Below are positions 49,204 to 61,924 of a stretch of DNA of 64,000 bases, in pieces. Position numbers and translations under genes: made by a program. How positions within the stretch are numbered: the stretch's first letter is position 1; every line of letters starts with the position of its first letter. This DNA comes from the human T2T-CHM13v2.0 reference genome, Homo sapiens: the NCBI RefSeq assembly GCF_009914755.1, contig NC_060929.1, one strand, 5' to 3'. The notes under the pieces were generated by a model. That model worked only from the letters and a program-made list of their open reading frames with translations. It ran no database searches and was not told where the DNA came from.

Positions 49204-50251
49204 GAGAAAAGAGGACGACATTTCTGACAGGGGTGCCTCAAGGTAAAACAGGCTGCCGTAAGAATTGGGAGCAAATTGCCAGTTTCTGGACACATTTCTG
49301 CAGAGGCTCCAAAACCACAAAAGAAATATTTTAGATGAGGGCTGATGGTCATTTGGGGTTAGGAACCTAAAGGTTCCTCTAGGTGCTGTTTGTGTGTGTC
49401 ATTTGCTCTTCACCCAATATGTCCACTTTCAGACAATACAAAAAGCAAAAGAGAACGTGTCTTGGCTTTTATCTTGCTGTCAAAATCTGGTGCGGGGCAT
49501 AACCAGTTCTAAAAGGTAGCATTAAACTTTCAGAGAAGGCAAGAAAGGACAATGGGGGCCAGGGGACAGGGAGGGCCACTGGAAACCAGACATCACCCAC
49601 CATGGCCAGGGGATGGGAAGGACCCACCGAGAAGGGGGGTTCTGCCCAAGGCTGCTCCCTCACTCCTCCACGCTGAGTCTGAGGCCTTTCCCTGCCCACC
49701 CGCTGTCTGCCTCTTGCTAACTTTTTTGGTTCTTTAAGCTGCTGGCCTAAATCTCACAAATAGTGTGTTTCTGTCTTTTTATTTTATTATAAAAACATAA
49801 CAGAAAAAAAAGGGAAAAGACTAGTTTAAAAAAAATCAAATCATGAACTATTTGCCCAGTGCAAGTCATCTGAAATGCCCTTCTCCATCTTCGGGAAAGC
49901 TTCGCTCTGAATGCTAGTGGATTTGCCCTGAACTACCCAAGCTCTGATTTCCGGAGCATTATTTACTACTGTACATGGTCGCGACAGTTCAGTCTATTTC
50001 AGTCCCACAGCAACACTGAGTATTTCTCTCTTCCATACTTGCTTTAAAAAGTTGCAACTCACATGTGAATCAAAGCTAATCTTCTATGTAAATGTGCAAG
50101 CCTTCAAAACTTTTTATTGAAAAGTCATAAACACAGTAAAAAATGCAGAAAATATTTTAAAATATATAATGAAGAAGAAGTCTTCCTCTCAGGTCCCAAT
50201 CCCCATCCACCTTCCCCAAAGGCACAAGTGATGACCAATTTCTTGTATTAA

Positions 50252-50578
<327 letters not shown>

Positions 50579-51460
50579 TGCACAGATTATTTCTAACATG
50601 ATATGCAAGTGCATGTGTATGCTCACACACACACATATATGTGTGCATGCATCAACACGTGAACACTCTTTTTCACATAAATAGAAGCAACTCTCACAAT
50701 GTTCTGCCCTTGTTTTTGCACTCAAGGTGTGCTACACTTGTCACTATAACACCAATTAACTCACACACCACTGGCATGCAGAGGAATGATGTCAGAGTAA
50801 CCTGCAAGTTGCGTTGGTTCACAGGCAATTTTTTCTAGGCAAGGGGAGCTTAGCTTTGAATTACGAGTGTAGAATAAGAACCTTCAGCAAGAAAGGAAAT
50901 GGCTCTCCATATGAAGATCTTTCAGTAGTGTCTTAAGAAAATGTAAAAGGAGTGCCTGCACGGCCCCAGAGAGGGGCACCCCACCTTGCCAGTTCCTACC
51001 TTGTCGGTCCTGGGCTTGCAATAAGGTGTAAATCCTTCAGTGCTCATGTGCCTGTCATCCCCAAAGCAGCATCCCCACGCCATTATTACTATTAATAGTA
51101 TCATCATCCCCTCAAGCAGTTTCAGCTCCACTGAGCTACCTGCCCGGACTGCCCAAGTTACCTCCCTGTGTACCAGGATTGCTTCTGTCAGTGTTCAGGT
51201 TTGGAAGTTGCACATGTCTCAAGAGGGGTCCCAATAACGCTGCCTTTTCTGTAGAGCTGGTTATGTTTAATGTGTGCCGGGCAGAGTGCATGTGATAGCA
51301 GAGAAGGCTGTATCTTGGGAATCCCATGTGAACTGGTGCAGGTCACTGGACAGTCTTCCTCACAGCTGCTCCATACACTAGCTGTGTACTTCACTAGTCT
51401 CCAACCAATGCCCGTCTAGGCTGCATGCAGTGACTTACTAATTAAATGATGCTGTAATTA

Positions 51461-52104
<644 letters not shown>

Positions 52105-55100
52105 CTAACTGCTAGCTGTGCTTTACCTGGATTTAGCCTAATGCATCACGTCACCCCGTCGCTCCTTTAACTCTCACAGTCCATGCGAGAAACACTACAA
52201 AGCCACTTCACAGCAAACCCTACCTTACCGTGCACTTTCATGTACCACCCAGTGTGGGATGCACATGCATTTTGTGAAATTATTCTGACATTTGGATTCT
52301 TTTAAAAAATAATTGTGCGGCCCACTTTTTCATCCCACGATATTAGAGAAGAAAGCTAACTTGATTCCTTCTTTCCAGCTTTGAATTAAACCTAGTGATC
52401 AATGAATTATTGTTTTATCAATCTTTCCTGGATAATGTTCACACCATAATATTAAATTAGAAAAAGACATCTAATTTCCCTCACCTATAAAAGTTATATG
52501 ATCTTTCTGCTCATGTTCAATTTGCATCAGTCCATTGAGTCACAAGTGTTCCAACTCCAACACAATCGTGACGTGTCGTTATTACAGAAGCAGCTCATTC
52601 TGAAGGAACAAGGTGTTCTGCCTAAGAGGAGTCCCAGATAACTCAAGTTTGCTATTGGAGCACAGGAACTTGATTGTGTTATTTAAATGCAGCTATCCTT
52701 ACATTTATATCAATGTACATTTTTCTATTTAAACATATAGCCCGCATTGTCTTTGGGAGATAATAAGTTCCTTGTGTTTAATAATTGCCATGGCAAGTGG
52801 TATTTCCATTCATCATAAAATCACTTATTTCATAGTGGAGTTCTTCCAGGAACATGACACTCGATGTAATCAGATGAGGAGACAAGCCGAGACGTTCTGA
52901 GGTTCAGTGGCAGCTCTGCTCCTGCTGAACTCAGGGCCAAGGCCCCACTGGCCAGGGGATGGAGTGAGCCCCTGGCTTAGTCTTATGCCTCAGGACGGTG
53001 GCCTGCTCCCTGGACTCAGAGAAAAGCCTGACTGTTATTCTCCCATCTCTCTCACAGCCATTGCCATTCCTCTGGCCTCAATCTCATGACCTTAATTCTA
53101 TGTGTTCAATCTTTCTGTTCCCTAAATTCTCAACATGGAAGCTGACATCTCATCTCTTCCTGCCAGCCACTTTGCTGGCCAGCCTACAGCCTGGCCTGCT
53201 TTGGCTCAGAGGCCCAACACTGATCCCATCAGTTGGGGAAGGGCTGGAAAGGGGCAAGGTTTGGTCCTCATAAGGCTGCTCCCTTGGCAATGAAGCAGTG
53301 TCACTTAAAAGAGGATAAGACACCACTAGTGACATATTCCCACCAGGGGCTTCAAGAACAGTCCCTCAGTTCTAATTGGCATGGAGTAAGCATCACTGTG
53401 TTAGCTCCAGCTAAACCCTCTGGGATCTGACAGACGCCAACTTTCTCTTCTGAGCATCCACACTTCCTGGCTGGATTCTGATACAGTTTACCTTCATCCA
53501 TCACCTTTGCCAATATTTTGGCTACTTTGTTAGGCAATACCAGAGTGAAAAATTGCCACAGCGCCCTAATGTCTGGGGGGATGCTAGGTTTAGATGGAGT
53601 TACGTGACACACTTTTATTGCCAAAGGCTGCTTTAGTGCCTCACAGATCTTCCGCGGAGGTCTGCCGAAAGGATTCAGGTGGCCCTGCTCAGACTGGAAA
53701 ACTCCTCATCGTTCAGGGTAATTTTAGGACTCCATGCCTGCCTGTGGATGGATCCCTTCTACAACATCCCCACCAAGTGGCTGTCCAGCCTCCGCTCTGC
53801 ATCTCCAGGCAGAAGGAACTACACCCACAGGCAACGCATTCTAACTTTTAATGACTTTGTTAAGACGGTACTTTGTACTGAGCTTAAATTTCATATCCCT
53901 TCAACATCCACCCAATGACCCTACTTTGCCCCCCAAAGCCAATCAGAACAGGTTTACTTCCAGGGGAGCAACTGAGTGTAATAAAGACCTGGTGCTCCTG
54001 TGTCTGGCTGTGATTCTGAGCAAGTTAACTACCCTTGATTTAAAAAAAAAAAGGAAGACAGGGCTATGTCCCTGCGGAGGAGAAGGGTATACAGTGCATG
54101 GAAACCCCTGGCACACAGTCGTGTCCACTACCTTCCTTTCATCTGCATGGCAGCCCTGCAGATATGTGAAAATATCTGCCTCCAAACATCCTCTCGTCCA
54201 GAGTAAACATTCACAGCCTCTTTAATTGTGCCGCCTAGGATATGTTTTCAAGGCATTGACCATCCGGAATGTATTTCTGTTGATCAGTGTGGCTTCTGTT
54301 CCTTTTTTCTATTTCTAGTTTTTTATGTCATCCATTCTAAACCATTATTAGTTTATGGACAGGCCATACCAAAGGCATCCCCCATTGTGAACCAGGAAGG
54401 GGAGGCTCAGAGGAGACCCCACCCAAGAAGACCCCCCCATGGAGGGATGGTGCCAAGTCTACCCCCAGTTGCCACCCACAGGGACAGTGGAACTTCTGGA
54501 GCCTGTTTAGCCAACCAGCTGGACTGTCATGCTAGAGGTATGGTTGGCCTCTTCCCGGCCATCCCACTGGAGAATCCTTTGGAAGTATGGCTCCCTCCAC
54601 TTCCCATCCTAATGAGGGCTAAGGAGATGTTGACTAGAGCTGGGAGAAGTGTGGATAGTGCCAGTGCTCAGGACTGGGCGTGGCTCTTCTAAGTTACCAG
54701 CTCCTATACTTGGTAACCCTATCTGCCAAGAATGGCAGTCTGAAAGTGACCTTGGTTTCCCTAATTCCTTTTCTAATCCTGAGAAATAGTCTCCTCGCCT
54801 ATAAAGCTCCCTGTGGTATGAGGACATGGCTGAGGCTATGCTGTGGCTTGCCCATACCCCTAAGAACAGGAAGACCTCCTGGGGTGACTGGTGTTCCTCA
54901 GGAGCCATCTGATCACCTGGGAAGTCTGGTCCAAATGCACGGCCCTCTTGACTTGGTAGAGTTCCCCCAGACACCACTCCTAGGAACTACTCTGTGAGTG
55001 GGGCTCCCTCCCCCGGGAAGTCTCCATCCTTCACATGCTCCAGACGCACCTTCCAGTCCTCTAGTCCTCTCTGGGTGGAGACAGTGGCCTCTCCATGCCT

Positions 55101-55169
55101 GCACTGCACACTGTCGGCTCCCCTTGCCCCAGGTCAGCCTTACAATCCTCCTTCCTCCTTCAGGATGAT

Positions 55170-55625
55170 GTAGGGTGCAAATAACACAACATTCATGTAA
55201 AAGCAGCATAAAACATGGGCTTATTACTTCACATAACAAGACGTCTTGCAGTACGAGGCTCAGGGTCAATGCAGCAGCTCAGCAGCATACCCAAGACCCA
55301 GGGTCGTTCCGTCTGTCTGCTCCACCAGCCTCGGTATCTTGGCTTCCATCTTCACTTTTCCCCGCATGGTTACAGAGTGGCTGCTAAAGCTCCAGGCATT
55401 ACCGTCCTACATAGCATGTCCAAAAACAGGAAGGATGCTTGCTCCTCATGTAACACCTTCTATTAGCAACAAAAGCCTTTCCCAAAGCTCCGAGCAGACT
55501 TCCCCTCAAATCTCATTGGCAGGAACCAGGTCACATGCCCACAGCCCACCCTAACACCCATGGCAAAGGGGAATGGAATTGGGTAATTGATAGGGCCTCT
55601 CTTCACTGAGCACATTGATCCTGAC
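55170..55625 (-). mobile_element. Old MLT1 (K/L-like) LTR
   Basis: CACATAACAAGA...CAAGACCCAGG...GCTCCAGGCAT...TCTCATTGGCAGGAACCAGGTCACATGCCCAC. Confidence 0.6.
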
Positions 55626-56799
55626 ACCTGAGAAACGGAGGGCTCTGCTGGCAAGACAAAGAGGCGGGGGTAGGAGGCAGGCAGTGTCTGCACACTGCCT
55701 TCCCAGCCCCCTAGTGTCCCTGCTCCAGGACAGGCGAGCTGGGTCAGAGGCCTACAGATGTTACTGCACAGCCAGGTGAGAACAGCTCCATGGTCCAGAT
55801 GACTTCAGGCATCTTAATGAAAGGCTGGTCACACTAAGGCACATAGGGCCCCAAGGGTACTTCTTGTTCTTCTGTTTGTTGACTTAAGCAGACTCCTGAA
55901 GTATGCACTGCAATGACTACAGTTTTTCCCAGAATGTGCTCAGCCAGTGATAAGCTATGAAATAAATGCAACAGCACAAGCTCAGAAGACTCCTGGACTT
56001 CAGAACACTTATTTCTTCACAGCCAGGTCTTTAACACCTTTGGCCACCAGAGAAAGTACTTTGGGAGGGGAATGGAATCCAGCTGCATGGCTTAAATGTC
56101 AAAAATCTTGCATTTCTTCTATTCTGTTGAGCTGTAATGTATGTTGTGCATACCATCTCCCAGCAATGATGAACACAGTGTATCTGGAAGAAAGTCTCAT
56201 TTCTTAACTCTTTTGAACTTGCTCTCTCCTGCACTTACTGGAGCTAAGCATCTGAGGGAGTCTGAACACCAGAACTAACCGAGGGTCTGAGGAGCCACCT
56301 GAGACACCTGGGGAACACAGGGTTGCATTCCTGGGGGTCATGCTTTTGGAGGAAGATGCATTCAGATGGGAGATTGCTTAAGTCATCAGCCCAAGTGTTC
56401 ATGGAAACCCCCATGTCTGTTTATCACAGGTCCTGTTAGGCTACATCACCCCTAAACTATACTTCTTTTGTTTTCAATCTTATCGAGTTAGCATTGGCCC
56501 CTGATTTCAATCTGTACCTGCATTTATAAATCCTATTTTTGACAGCCAACACAGTAGCTCTCATTCCCTGATTCATGTCACGTACAAATTTGATCGATGT
56601 CCTTAACCTAATAACTGATAAAAATTTAAATCAGAGAAGCCACACTAACCTCTGCAGGAAAATCCTTACTGTACAGTTTACTTAACAAGCCACAATTTCA
56701 AAAAGCAATTAAAGATCCTGCAGACTCCAAATCACAACACTTCTATGAAACAGCCCGTTTGAGGTTGAGAGACAAGCATCATCTAATTCTTGTGAAACT

Positions 56800-56856
56800 A
56801 AATGCTAAGTTATTAATAACTTAATTAAAAACAAAAATGCTAAGTTATTAATAACT
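56800..56856. repeat. 22-bp direct repeat around a 13-bp A-rich spacer, overlapping an 18-bp palindrome
   Basis: AAATGCTAAGTTATTAATAACT at 56800-56821 and 56835-56856. TAAGTTATTAATAACTTA (56806-56823) is self-complementary. Confidence 0.92.
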
Positions 56857-56875
56857 CTGCACATAGCTTGATGCC

Positions 56876-59089
56876 TGTATTAGTCTGTTGCCACGCTGCT
56901 GATAAAGATATACCTGAGACTGGCCAATTTACAAAATAAAGGGGTTTAACTGGACTTACAGTTCCACATGGCTGGGGAAGCCTCACAATCATAGCGGAAG
57001 GCAAGGAGGGGCAAGTCACATCTTACGTGCATGGCGGCAGGCAGAAAGAGCTTGTGCAGGAAACTCCCCCATAAAATAACCATCAGATCTCGTGAGACTT
57101 ACTATCATAAGAACAGCATGGGAAAGACCTGCCCCCATAATTCAATTACCTCCCACTGGGTCCCTCCCACAACACATGGGAATTCAAGATGAGATTTGGG
57201 TGGGGACACAGCCAAACCATAGCATTCCATCCCTGGCCCCTCCCAAATCTCATGTCCTCACATTTCAAAACCAATCATACCTTCCCAACAGTCCTCCACA
57301 GTCTTATCTCATTTCAGCATTAACTCAAAAGTCCACAGTCCAAAGTCTCATCCAAGACAAGGCAATCCCTTCCACCTATGAGCCTGTAAAATCAAAAGCA
57401 AGTTAGTTACTTTCTAGATAAAATGGGGGTACAGGCATTGGATAAATACAGCCATTCCAAATGGGAGATATGGGCCAAAACAAAGGGGCTACAGGCCCCA
57501 TGCAAGTCCAAAATCCAGCACAGCGGCAAATCTTAAAGCTCCAAAATGATCTCCTTTGACTCCATGTCTCACATCCTGGTCACACTGATGCAAAAGGTGG
57601 GTTCCCATGGTCTTGGGCAGCTCCACCCCGGTGGCTTTGCAGGGTATAGCCTCCCTCCTGGCTGCTTTCATTGGCTGGTGTTGAGTGTCTGTGGCTTTTC
57701 CAGGTGCACAGGGCAAGCTGTCAGTGGATCTACCATTCTGGGGTAGGCCCTCTTCTCACAGCTCCACTAGGTGGTGCCCCAGTAAGGACTCTGTGTGGGG
57801 GCTCTAACCCCACATTTCCCTTCCGCACTGCCCTAGCAGGCCTCACTGCCCATGAGGGCCCCGTCCCTGAAGCAAACTTTTGCCTGGGCATCCAGGCATT
57901 TCCATACATCTTCTGAAATCTAGGCGGAGGTTCCCAAACCTCAATTCTTGACTTCTGTGCACCCAGAGGCTCAACACCACACGGAAGCTGCCAAAACTTG
58001 GGGCTTCCACCCTCTGAAGCAATAGCCCGAGCTGTACCTTGGCCCGTTTTAGTCATGACTGGAATGGCTGGGACACAGGGCACCAAGCCCCTAGACTGCA
58101 CACAGCACAGTGACCCTGGGGATGGACCACAAAAACATTTTCTCACAGGCCTCCAGGCTTGTGATGGGAGGGGCTGCCATGAAGACTCTGACATGCCCTG
58201 GAGACATTTTCCCCATCGTCTTGGGGATTGACATTCAGCTCCTTGTTACTTATGCAAATTTCTGCATTCAGCTTCAATTTCCCCTCAGAAAATATGTTTT
58301 TCTTTTCTATTACATTGTCAGGCTGCGAACTTTCCAAACTTTTATGCTCTGCTTCCCTTATAAAACTGAATGCCTTTAACAGCACCCAAGTCACCTCTTG
58401 AATGCTTTGCTGCTTAGAAATTTCTTCTGCCAGATACCCTCAATCATCTCTCTCAAGTTCAAAGTCCCACAAATCTCTAGGGCAGAGGCAAAATGTCACC
58501 AGTCTCTTTGCTAAAACATAACAAGAGTCACCTTTGCTCCAGTTCCCAACAAGTTCCTCATCTCCATCTGAGACCACCTCAGCCTGGACCTTATTGTCCA
58601 TATCGCTATCAGGCTTTTGGTCAAAGCCATTCAACAAGTCTCAAGGAAGTTCCAAACTTTCCCACATTTTCCTGTCTTCTTCTGAGCCCTTCAAACTGTT
58701 CCAACCTCTGCCTGTTATCCAGTTCCAAAGTTGCTTCCACATTTTCGGGCATCTTTTCAGCAACATACCAATTTACTGTATTAGTCTGTTTTCACGCTGC
58801 TGATAAAGACATACCTGAGGCTGGGCGATTTACAAAAGAAAGAGCTTTAATTGGACTTACAGTTCCATGTGGCTGGAATATCTTACGTGAATGGTAGTAG
58901 GCAAAAAGAGCTTGTGCAGGAAAACTCCCCCCTAAAATAACCATCAGATCTCATTAAACTTACTCACTATCATGAGAACAGCACAGGAAAGACCTGCCCC
59001 CATAATTCAATCACCTCCCACCAGGTCCTTCCCACAACACGTGGGAATTCAAGATGAGATTTGGGTAGGGACACAGCCAAACCATATCA
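56876..59089 (-). mobile_element. Complete THE1 (A/B-like) MaLR provirus: 3' LTR 56876-57224, internal 57225-58776, 5' LTR 58777-59089
   Basis: Two LTRs TGTATTAGTCTG...CCAAACCATA(G/T)CA flank ~1.55 kb of THE1 internal sequence. Perfect 5-bp TSD ATGCC (56871-56875, 59090-59094). Confidence 0.95.
58846..58851 (-). terminator. Candidate ATPSCKMT poly(A) signal (ATTAAA) within THE1 5' LTR
   Basis: Plus-strand TTTAAT. First AATAAA/ATTAAA I find on the gene strand downstream of the stop codon. Followed by U/GU-rich sequence. Confidence 0.55.
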
Positions 59090-59469
59090 ATGCCTCTATA
59101 AACCCACCAGGAACACTTCTAGAAAATGTTGAACACCTCCGAGGCCCCACAGAACCCTCCTCTACCCACATCTTCATGGCAAGGAGCTACCATGGATCCC
59201 CCTCCGAGTGTGCCCAGACCAGTTACAGGACTGGTTACAGTGGAAGGCAACTGAGAGGCATAGAGCAAGAGCTGCCCTCCCACTAAAGTCACACACCACA
59301 GAAAGAACTCATTCTTCATAAGAAGACTGGAGCTACTGAAAAAGGGACAGACACTAGCTGCCAAAAACCTGGCTGAAGTCCACAACATCACATCCCCTCA
59401 TCTCAGACTCACACAGGTGCTCTCTACACCATCACACTGTTTACTTCAGAGAACTCCACACACACTAAG

Positions 59470-59610
59470 ATTCCCTTGCTTATTTGTTTGTCTCTCCTTT
59501 CCAGAATAGGAATTCCATGAGGCCAGGGGCTTTGCATGTCTATTTACCGCAGAATCTCAGAGCTTCTTCTACAGTAGATACTGAATACATATTTGTTGAA
59601 TGAATGAATG
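59470..59610 (+). mobile_element. L2 3' end
   Basis: TTCCATGAGGCCAGGGGC...CAGTAGATACTGAATACATATTTGTTGAATGAATGAATG. Confidence 0.75.
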
Positions 59611-60071
59611 TGTCCCCAGATGTTTCTCATTTAAATGAAAATGATCAAACTGACCAATTTTTATAAGTTTAGTTAAAGATGTGACCATCTTACTTCATTA
59701 CATCTCCATTAAGACAGTTTGGTATTTCAGTTACAGGTGTATGACTGGGAGTTCAATTCTTTTCTGTGATAAGTACGAATGACTCAAGCTACCATTCAAT
59801 ATTCACTTTACAGATATATGAAGCTTGTCTACTCACGTTCAAAGGTTTTCCTTAATTCGTCTTTTATCTAAATCAGTCAAGTCTCTTCTCATAAATGAGA
59901 AATATTAAATGAGTGGCAGCTCTCAAGAAATAAAAAAGTGACTAGCAGAAATAATCTGCAACTTCTGTGAATAAGATTTTTCTCAGTGTCTAAAATAACA
60001 AACACCATTTATGGACCAAAGACTAGGTGCCATGAGTTTTAGAAATTGGTCCCCACTCCACTGTTATGTGT

Positions 60072-60182
60072 ACCATTATCCCAGTGGCAGAGATACACAG
60101 AAAGCCAAGGCTCAGAGGCAGTAAGTCATGGGTCCGAGGCCTCTTGCTGATGACAAAACTGGAATCTGAACCCACGTCAGGC
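60072..60182 (-). mobile_element. MIR fragment in presumed 3' UTR
   Basis: ATTATCCC...AAAGCCAAGGCTCAGAGGCAGTAAGTCA...CTGGAATCTGAACCCA. Confidence 0.55.
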
Positions 60183-60762
60183 TTACATTTACACATACAT
60201 GTATACAAATGTACACATATACAGCTTAGATTCCATAAAATACAGTAATCTAGTGGTGGAACAAATTATTTCTAATAAATGTTATAAAATATAAACGCCT
60301 CTCTGAATCCTTTAGAAAATTAATTTTGCCATGAAGTACAAAAAGGAAAGAGATACAACTTAAGTATGAACAAAGTTATAGGATACTACAAACAGTTGGT
60401 AATATATACTGTCTTTAAAAATCATTTCTCCTTATCGAGGCATTAAGCCATATTGTTTATAATGTGAAGAGCTATTGGCATCTTATTTTCCTACCCATAA
60501 CCATGACCATCACTTATTCATCTTTTCATGCATCCAGGTGCATGGAAAGGCAGTAAGTACAATTTTTAAGAAAATAGCATCAAAAGCAGATTTTAAATCT
60601 ACCTGTTTTTCTTCGTTTGTTTTCTCCAACAGTTAAGGAAAGTAATAGTAATTTCTCATTCCAAACCAAAGACAATTATGCTCCTTTGCTAAGGACACAG
60701 CTGTAAGTCTCTACAAGATCAGGGAAGACTACAATATTTCAGAAAAACACTCCCAGTAAAGT

Positions 60763-60969
60763 TTATGCTTGAATGGGCAGCTGGAAATGCATCGATGTAC
60801 AGGGCCTCTTTTCACGGCCTCTAAAAGTGCTTGCATCATATGCCCACACTGTGTCTATCCCCTCCCCCGTGACGTGGTCTGGAGTCCAATGTGGGAAAGG
60901 GAACCGGCAAGCAATAACTCGTGCATCATCCTCAAGTTCACGTTCAAGTTTCTTCTCCAACTGCAGCAT
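60763..60969 (-). CDS. ATPSCKMT: Terminal coding exon of ATP synthase c-subunit lysine N-methyltransferase (FAM173B)
   Basis: Translation MLQLEKKLERELEDDARVIACRFPFPHWTPDHVTGEGIDTVWAYDASTFRGREKRPCTSMHFQLPIQA* matches the C-terminus of human FAM173B as I recall it. It is preceded by the splice acceptor ...GTTACTCTCCACAG and ends at TAA (60763-60765). The ATG is internal; upstream exons lie beyond the window. Confidence 0.95.
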   Translation of the reverse strand: MLQLEKKLERELEDDARVIACRFPFPHWTPDHVTGEGIDTVWAYDASTFRGREKRPCTSMHFQLPIQA

Positions 60970-61012
60970 CTGTGGAGAGTAACAGCTATTATTTTAGTGA
61001 GCAGTGAGTCAG
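60970..61012 (-). other. ATPSCKMT: 3' splice site and branch-point region of the last ATPSCKMT intron (phase 0)
   Basis: Minus strand reads CTGACTCACTGCTCACTAAAATAATAGCTGTTACTCTCCACAG|ATG. AG is at 60971-60970; CTGAC/CTCAC/CTAA are branch-point candidates. Confidence 0.85.
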
Positions 61013-61342
61013 AGGAAATGATCCCAAAATTTCCTGTTTTTAAGAGTCCCTGAAAATACCTGAGCAAAAATTACTACTTGTTAAAAAGAGCACTCTGGGA
61101 CACAAACACATAAACAAACAATCCATTGAAATACAGAAGATACACTGACAGCAGTTGTAAGAACACCTTCTAGTATTAATTATAAAATATGCCATTTTTA
61201 GCAGATGTCTATCATAGATTTATAGTTTTCTAAATAAAATCAGGATGTGGCAGTAATTTTAATAAGAAGCAGTTTTAAATAACGCACTTCAACACTTCAA
61301 TATACCTAGTCTCATATATTTAAGACATTATTTTTCCACCAT

Positions 61343-61465
61343 TTTTTAAGAGAGAGGGGTCTTGTTATGTTGCCCAGGCTGGTCTCAAACTCCTGGGCTC
61401 AAGCAATCTGCCCACCTCGGCCTCCCAAAGTGCTGGGATGACAGGCGTGAGCCACTGCGCCCAGC
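61343..61465 (-). mobile_element. FLAM/Alu monomer (intronic)
   Basis: AGAGAGAGGGGTCTTGTTATGTTGCCCAGGCTGG...CACTGCGCCCAGCC. Confidence 0.9.
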
Positions 61466-61924
61466 CACATTTTTGCACATTTTTAACATCTCTGAAATCA
61501 GGACACATCACACAACACTAATTGTCTTAGAATTATAATTAGCAATTTTTTTGTTTCTCAATAGCAATGGTGCATCCTAAAATCAAGATCTACAGTCAAT
61601 GAAATGTGGTATAGTTAGACTATGAAAAAATATGCACAATTCTACCAACTGGAAATATCATGAAATATTTCATAATTTTTAAAAATGTATCCATAATATA
61701 CTGATAATGAATTTCTTGATAGCCTAACTTATACCACCGTTGTACCATTTTATTATCAATCTACCAATAAAGAGTTTTTATTATTTGCTAAAAGTATTGA
61801 TATTTTAATTACATCAGCAAATTAACAACTACTTAAAAACTTATCTGCAGATCCTAAAAATATATTACCACCTTCACCACCTTCACATCCTAAAAATAAT
61901 TTTTTTCTACTTTCTTCTTTTAAC

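Noticed and set aside
53851-54997. 124-154 aa ORFs in less repetitive sequence
   Set aside because: No homology I recognise, no supporting splice pattern, and overlapping frames on both strands as expected by chance.
57092-58897. Cluster of 75-154 aa ORFs
   Set aside because: Fragments of THE1 LTR and internal sequence with no intact long frame.
60763-60969. Stand-alone 68-aa small protein starting at ATG
   Set aside because: The ATG directly follows a splice acceptor and is an internal Met of ATPSCKMT.
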